IMG/VR virus record: IMGVR_UViG_2974533118_000001
Location: 6,266 to 70,265 of that record
Strand: one strand, 5' to 3'
DNA: 64,000 nucleotides
Origin: a virus
Taxonomy: Duplodnaviria; Caudoviricetes
The translations under genes and the position numbers were made by a program. Every line of letters begins with the position of its first letter. Positions within the stretch are counted from its first letter, which is position 1. This document shows, piece after piece, positions 61,669-64,000 of this stretch. The notes under the pieces were generated by a model. That model worked only from the letters and a program-made list of their open reading frames with translations. It made no database searches and was not told the origin of the DNA.

Positions 61669-62012
61669 GCTACGACATTTCAATGGAAAAGCCCCCCGCT
61701 GAGGGCTGCTGCACATGCCACGGTGGAAGCTACGAGGAAGTGGGGAACATGACGTCCAACGTGGCCCCGCTGTGGCGCCACGCTGCCCCGCAGACTGACG
61801 GGCTGGCCGGGATCGACGGCAAGACAGGTGGCGAGTTCGCCGCGTATCTGCGCACCGGCCTGGAACACATGAAAACCCACCGGGCCGAGTATGAGCCGCT
61901 GGTGCGCGGCGACGGGACGTGGGGGAACTACACCAACGCCGTGGACTTCATGACCGAGGTGGTGGAAGCCGCCGAGGCGAACCCAGCGGCACGGTTCCGC
62001 GTGTGGCGCTGA
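61665..62012 (+). CDS. Conserved phage hypothetical protein
   Basis: NMTSNVAPLW...WGNY pattern. Confidence 0.75.
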   Translation: MSYDISMEKPPAEGCCTCHGGSYEEVGNMTSNVAPLWRHAAPQTDGLAGIDGKTGGEFAAYLRTGLEHMKTHRAEYEPLVRGDGTWGNYTNAVDFMTEVVEAAEANPAARFRVWR

Positions 62013-62018
62013 GTCCCG

Positions 62019-62051
62019 AAAAACAAGCACGCAGCATGTCACGCTGGAAAT
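62019..62051 (+). promoter_or_regulatory. Middle-class promoter, copy 11
   Basis: AAAAACAAGCACG-N13-TG-GAAA-T. Confidence 0.7.
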
Positions 62052-62084
62052 AAGACCACCACCCCATCAAGAAAGACCCACCCC

Positions 62085-62477
62085 ATGGATTTGCTCGCAA
62101 TCTGGTTCTACGTTTTCCCTTGGATTTCCCTTATCGCGTGTATCAACCTCACGCTGATTGTTGTTCACCTGTGGTTCCCCCGACCAAACGCCGTGACCGC
62201 CGCAGCCCACAAAGCGCACCGTGAGGGCTTCAAGGACGGCTTCAAAACCGGCCACGAGGACGGCATGAAAGAGGGCTACAAAGCCGGCGCTGAGGACAAC
62301 CACCTCGAGGAAGGGCATTTCATCAAGTGCCCCGAATGTGACCATGCAATCCACATTCCCACCATCTTGCATGTGGACGGCGATCCAGGAGACCAGTCGA
62401 TCACTTGCGAGCCGGACACCACGGAACTGTGGATCCACATAGAGGGCCATAAGGCCGGGACCATTGGCCACGCGTAA
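62085..62477 (+). CDS. Membrane protein with Zn-finger-like C-terminus
   Basis: N-terminal TM helix; CPEC. Confidence 0.7.
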   Translation: MDLLAIWFYVFPWISLIACINLTLIVVHLWFPRPNAVTAAAHKAHREGFKDGFKTGHEDGMKEGYKAGAEDNHLEEGHFIKCPECDHAIHIPTILHVDGDPGDQSITCEPDTTELWIHIEGHKAGTIGHA

Positions 62478-62604
62478 GCCGCGGCCCTTGGTGGTCCCCC
62501 CGGGGCCGATCACGGAACCGAGCTATTGCCCCCGCTGCGGTCAGGGCTATGTCCTCCCGCAGTTCGCTGACGAATGCCCCTGCAGGGAGGAACCCAAGCC
62601 GTGA
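62464..62604 (+). CDS. 46-aa Zn-ribbon microprotein (absent from the ORF track)
   Basis: TTG start; CPRCG...CPC; GTGA overlap with the next gene. Confidence 0.55.
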   Translation: MATRKPRPLVVPPGPITEPSYCPRCGQGYVLPQFADECPCREEPKP

Positions 62605-62744
62605 GAATCACTTACGCAAGCACCAACGACGACTTGAAATATCTCACCAGCTTGGGTGTTCCCCTTGAGGACGTGGCCCACCGTATGGGCCGGTCTGAGG
62701 ACGCCGTCCAAGCCATGCTGACCAAAGACGAACAGGAAGACTGA
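62601..62744 (+). CDS. 47-aa HTH microprotein (absent from the ORF track)
   Basis: GGAGG RBS; LGVPLEDVAHRMGRSEDAVQAML. Confidence 0.65.
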   Translation: MRITYASTNDDLKYLTSLGVPLEDVAHRMGRSEDAVQAMLTKDEQED

Positions 62745-62748
62745 ACCA

Positions 62749-63042
62749 ATGACTGAATTTGCCCCGACAGGCTACGACCCCGCAGACGACCCGGACCTCA
62801 AGCAAGCACTGGAAACCGCGCTGAACAAGTGGAAGGCTTCCAACCCGGACGCTGAGACCGCCACGCACTTGACCAAGTTTGTGCTGGTGGTCCGGGCTGA
62901 CGGCTGGGACGCCGAGGGCAAGGAAGTAAGCCAAGTCATGCTTGTGCCTCATGGCAGCGAGGAAGACTGCCTTGGGCTGCTGGCATCGGCAGACACCCGC
63001 ATGAAAGCCATGCTCGTGGCCGGAATCCTGGAACGCGAGTAG
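62749..63042 (+). CDS. Hypothetical protein
   Basis: AGGAAG RBS. Confidence 0.7.
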   Translation: MTEFAPTGYDPADDPDLKQALETALNKWKASNPDAETATHLTKFVLVVRADGWDAEGKEVSQVMLVPHGSEEDCLGLLASADTRMKAMLVAGILERE

Positions 63043-63070
63043 CAAACCACAACGAGAGGAAACGGACACA

Positions 63071-63622
63071 ATGGGATTTTTGGACAAGCTGCGGACCATT
63101 TGGAATGGCACCAGCATGGGCGCGACCGCTGAACAGGTGAGCGCCAAGGAAGCTGAGGACGCAATGGCGTTGGCTGCGCAACTGGCCAACCCCAGCGAGG
63201 CGCGCCGGCGGGAACAGTACGCCGAAACGGTGGCCGCGTTCGTTGGCAAGTGGCAAGGCAAGGACGCCCCGAGCGAGGCTTACGGGCCACAGTCCCCGGC
63301 GCTCATTCAGGAGTTCATGCAGGAGTTCCAGCCCGGTTGGCGCTGGGATTTCGGCAACGCCGTGGACCTTGCCGACCACCCGGACGTTCTGCCGGGGTTC
63401 TATCAGGTGCCGGTGGGCACGCCGCTGCGGTTCGGTGACATTTTGGTGTTCAAGACGGACTTCATGCGCCCGTTCGGGAACGTGGGCATTGTCATGGACC
63501 CGGACACCAGCATGGGCAACGTAACCGTGTTCACGCAGCACGCCACACGGGGCGCGTTGCGAGCTCACGAACCCATGACCATTGCGGCGGTGTTTAGGCG
63601 GAACCATGCCAACCCGGTTTAG
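63071..63622 (+). CDS. Catalytically degenerate CHAP-domain protein
   Basis: AYGPQSPAL...FGNAVD...GDILVF...FGNVGIV...FTQ aligns to the CHAP domains in this window with Cys>Ser and His>Asn. Confidence 0.7.
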   Translation: MGFLDKLRTIWNGTSMGATAEQVSAKEAEDAMALAAQLANPSEARRREQYAETVAAFVGKWQGKDAPSEAYGPQSPALIQEFMQEFQPGWRWDFGNAVDLADHPDVLPGFYQVPVGTPLRFGDILVFKTDFMRPFGNVGIVMDPDTSMGNVTVFTQHATRGALRAHEPMTIAAVFRRNHANPV

Positions 63623-63944
63623 CAAAGACCAGTACCCGCTCACCCTGGACAAGCAAGCGGTGTACGTCAAAGAACGGGTGGAGGAACGCGACGGCCACCA
63701 TATCTGGCAGTTGTGCCGGCACGCCAAGTACGGCTACCCGCGCGGCGGTGCGCCTGTTGGTTACCGGGCAGCCACCCGGCTGGCGTGGGAGGTGGAGCAT
63801 GGCGAGTCTTTGCCCACGGAAACCCTGATCCTGCCGACGTGCGAGGAACCGGCATGCGTGAACCCCGCCCATATGGTCACTTCTACGCTTCACCCGTCAC
63901 AGTTGCCCCGCGTGCCCCGCGCGGAAAAAGCACGAGCGAGTTAA
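63606..63944 (+). CDS. Degenerate HNH-like protein
   Basis: IW...YGY...TRLAW...ILPTC...CVNPAHM; the DH His position is Pro. Confidence 0.6.
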   Translation: MPTRFSKDQYPLTLDKQAVYVKERVEERDGHHIWQLCRHAKYGYPRGGAPVGYRAATRLAWEVEHGESLPTETLILPTCEEPACVNPAHMVTSTLHPSQLPRVPRAEKARAS

Positions 63945-64000
63945 GATAGAACGTAAAGACCCACCATTGAATAAATAAGTGAGCATGAGGGGAAGGTGAC

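Noticed and set aside
1-64000. Assignment to a named phage or cluster
   Set aside because: Cannot be supported without a database search

Overview
The window is one continuous stretch of a high-GC actinobacterial myovirus; an Arthrobacter/Micrococcaceae-type host is inferred from gene style, not proven. Terminase and portal lie outside the window, and no integrase, DNA polymerase, tRNA or CRISPR array was seen. 1-22.4 kb: head genes (Mu-type protease with nested scaffold, decoration protein, major capsid protein), neck, contractile tail (sheath, tube, frameshifted chaperone, tape measure, LysM initiator, hub-CHAP, spike-fibre, S74 fibre) and lysis (CHAP-GH25-3xLysM endolysin, holins). 22.4-24.2 kb: a reverse-strand early cassette that splits the tail operon. 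24.2-27.6 kb: baseplate wedge. 27.7-64 kb: SMC-like ATPase, RecE/RecT, a truncated replication initiator followed by an iteron array, about 50 small hypothetical genes, a split C5 methyltransferase, an N4/N6 methyltransferase, a nuclease plus SNF2 helicase, RusA, HNH, SSB and a beta clamp. Notable signals read directly from the DNA are: (i) a three-tier promoter code with exact spacing, namely 3 early SigA-type promoters with a shared palindrome, 11 copies of an AAAAACAGGCACG-N13-TG 'middle' promoter and 6 copies of a CCGTCCC(A/C)CA-N20-ANNNT late promoter, many of them leaderless; (ii) three tandem Lys/Arg-rich head-module proteins sharing an N-terminal MxV(K/R)RDxNGRFxxxGG motif, candidate capsid-packaged DNA-condensing proteins; (iii) a split methyltransferase with 8 tandem PTP modules; (iv) several pseudo-enzymes, the clearest a CHAP domain with both catalytic residues replaced. 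All functional calls are by visual motif recognition; no database searches were run.
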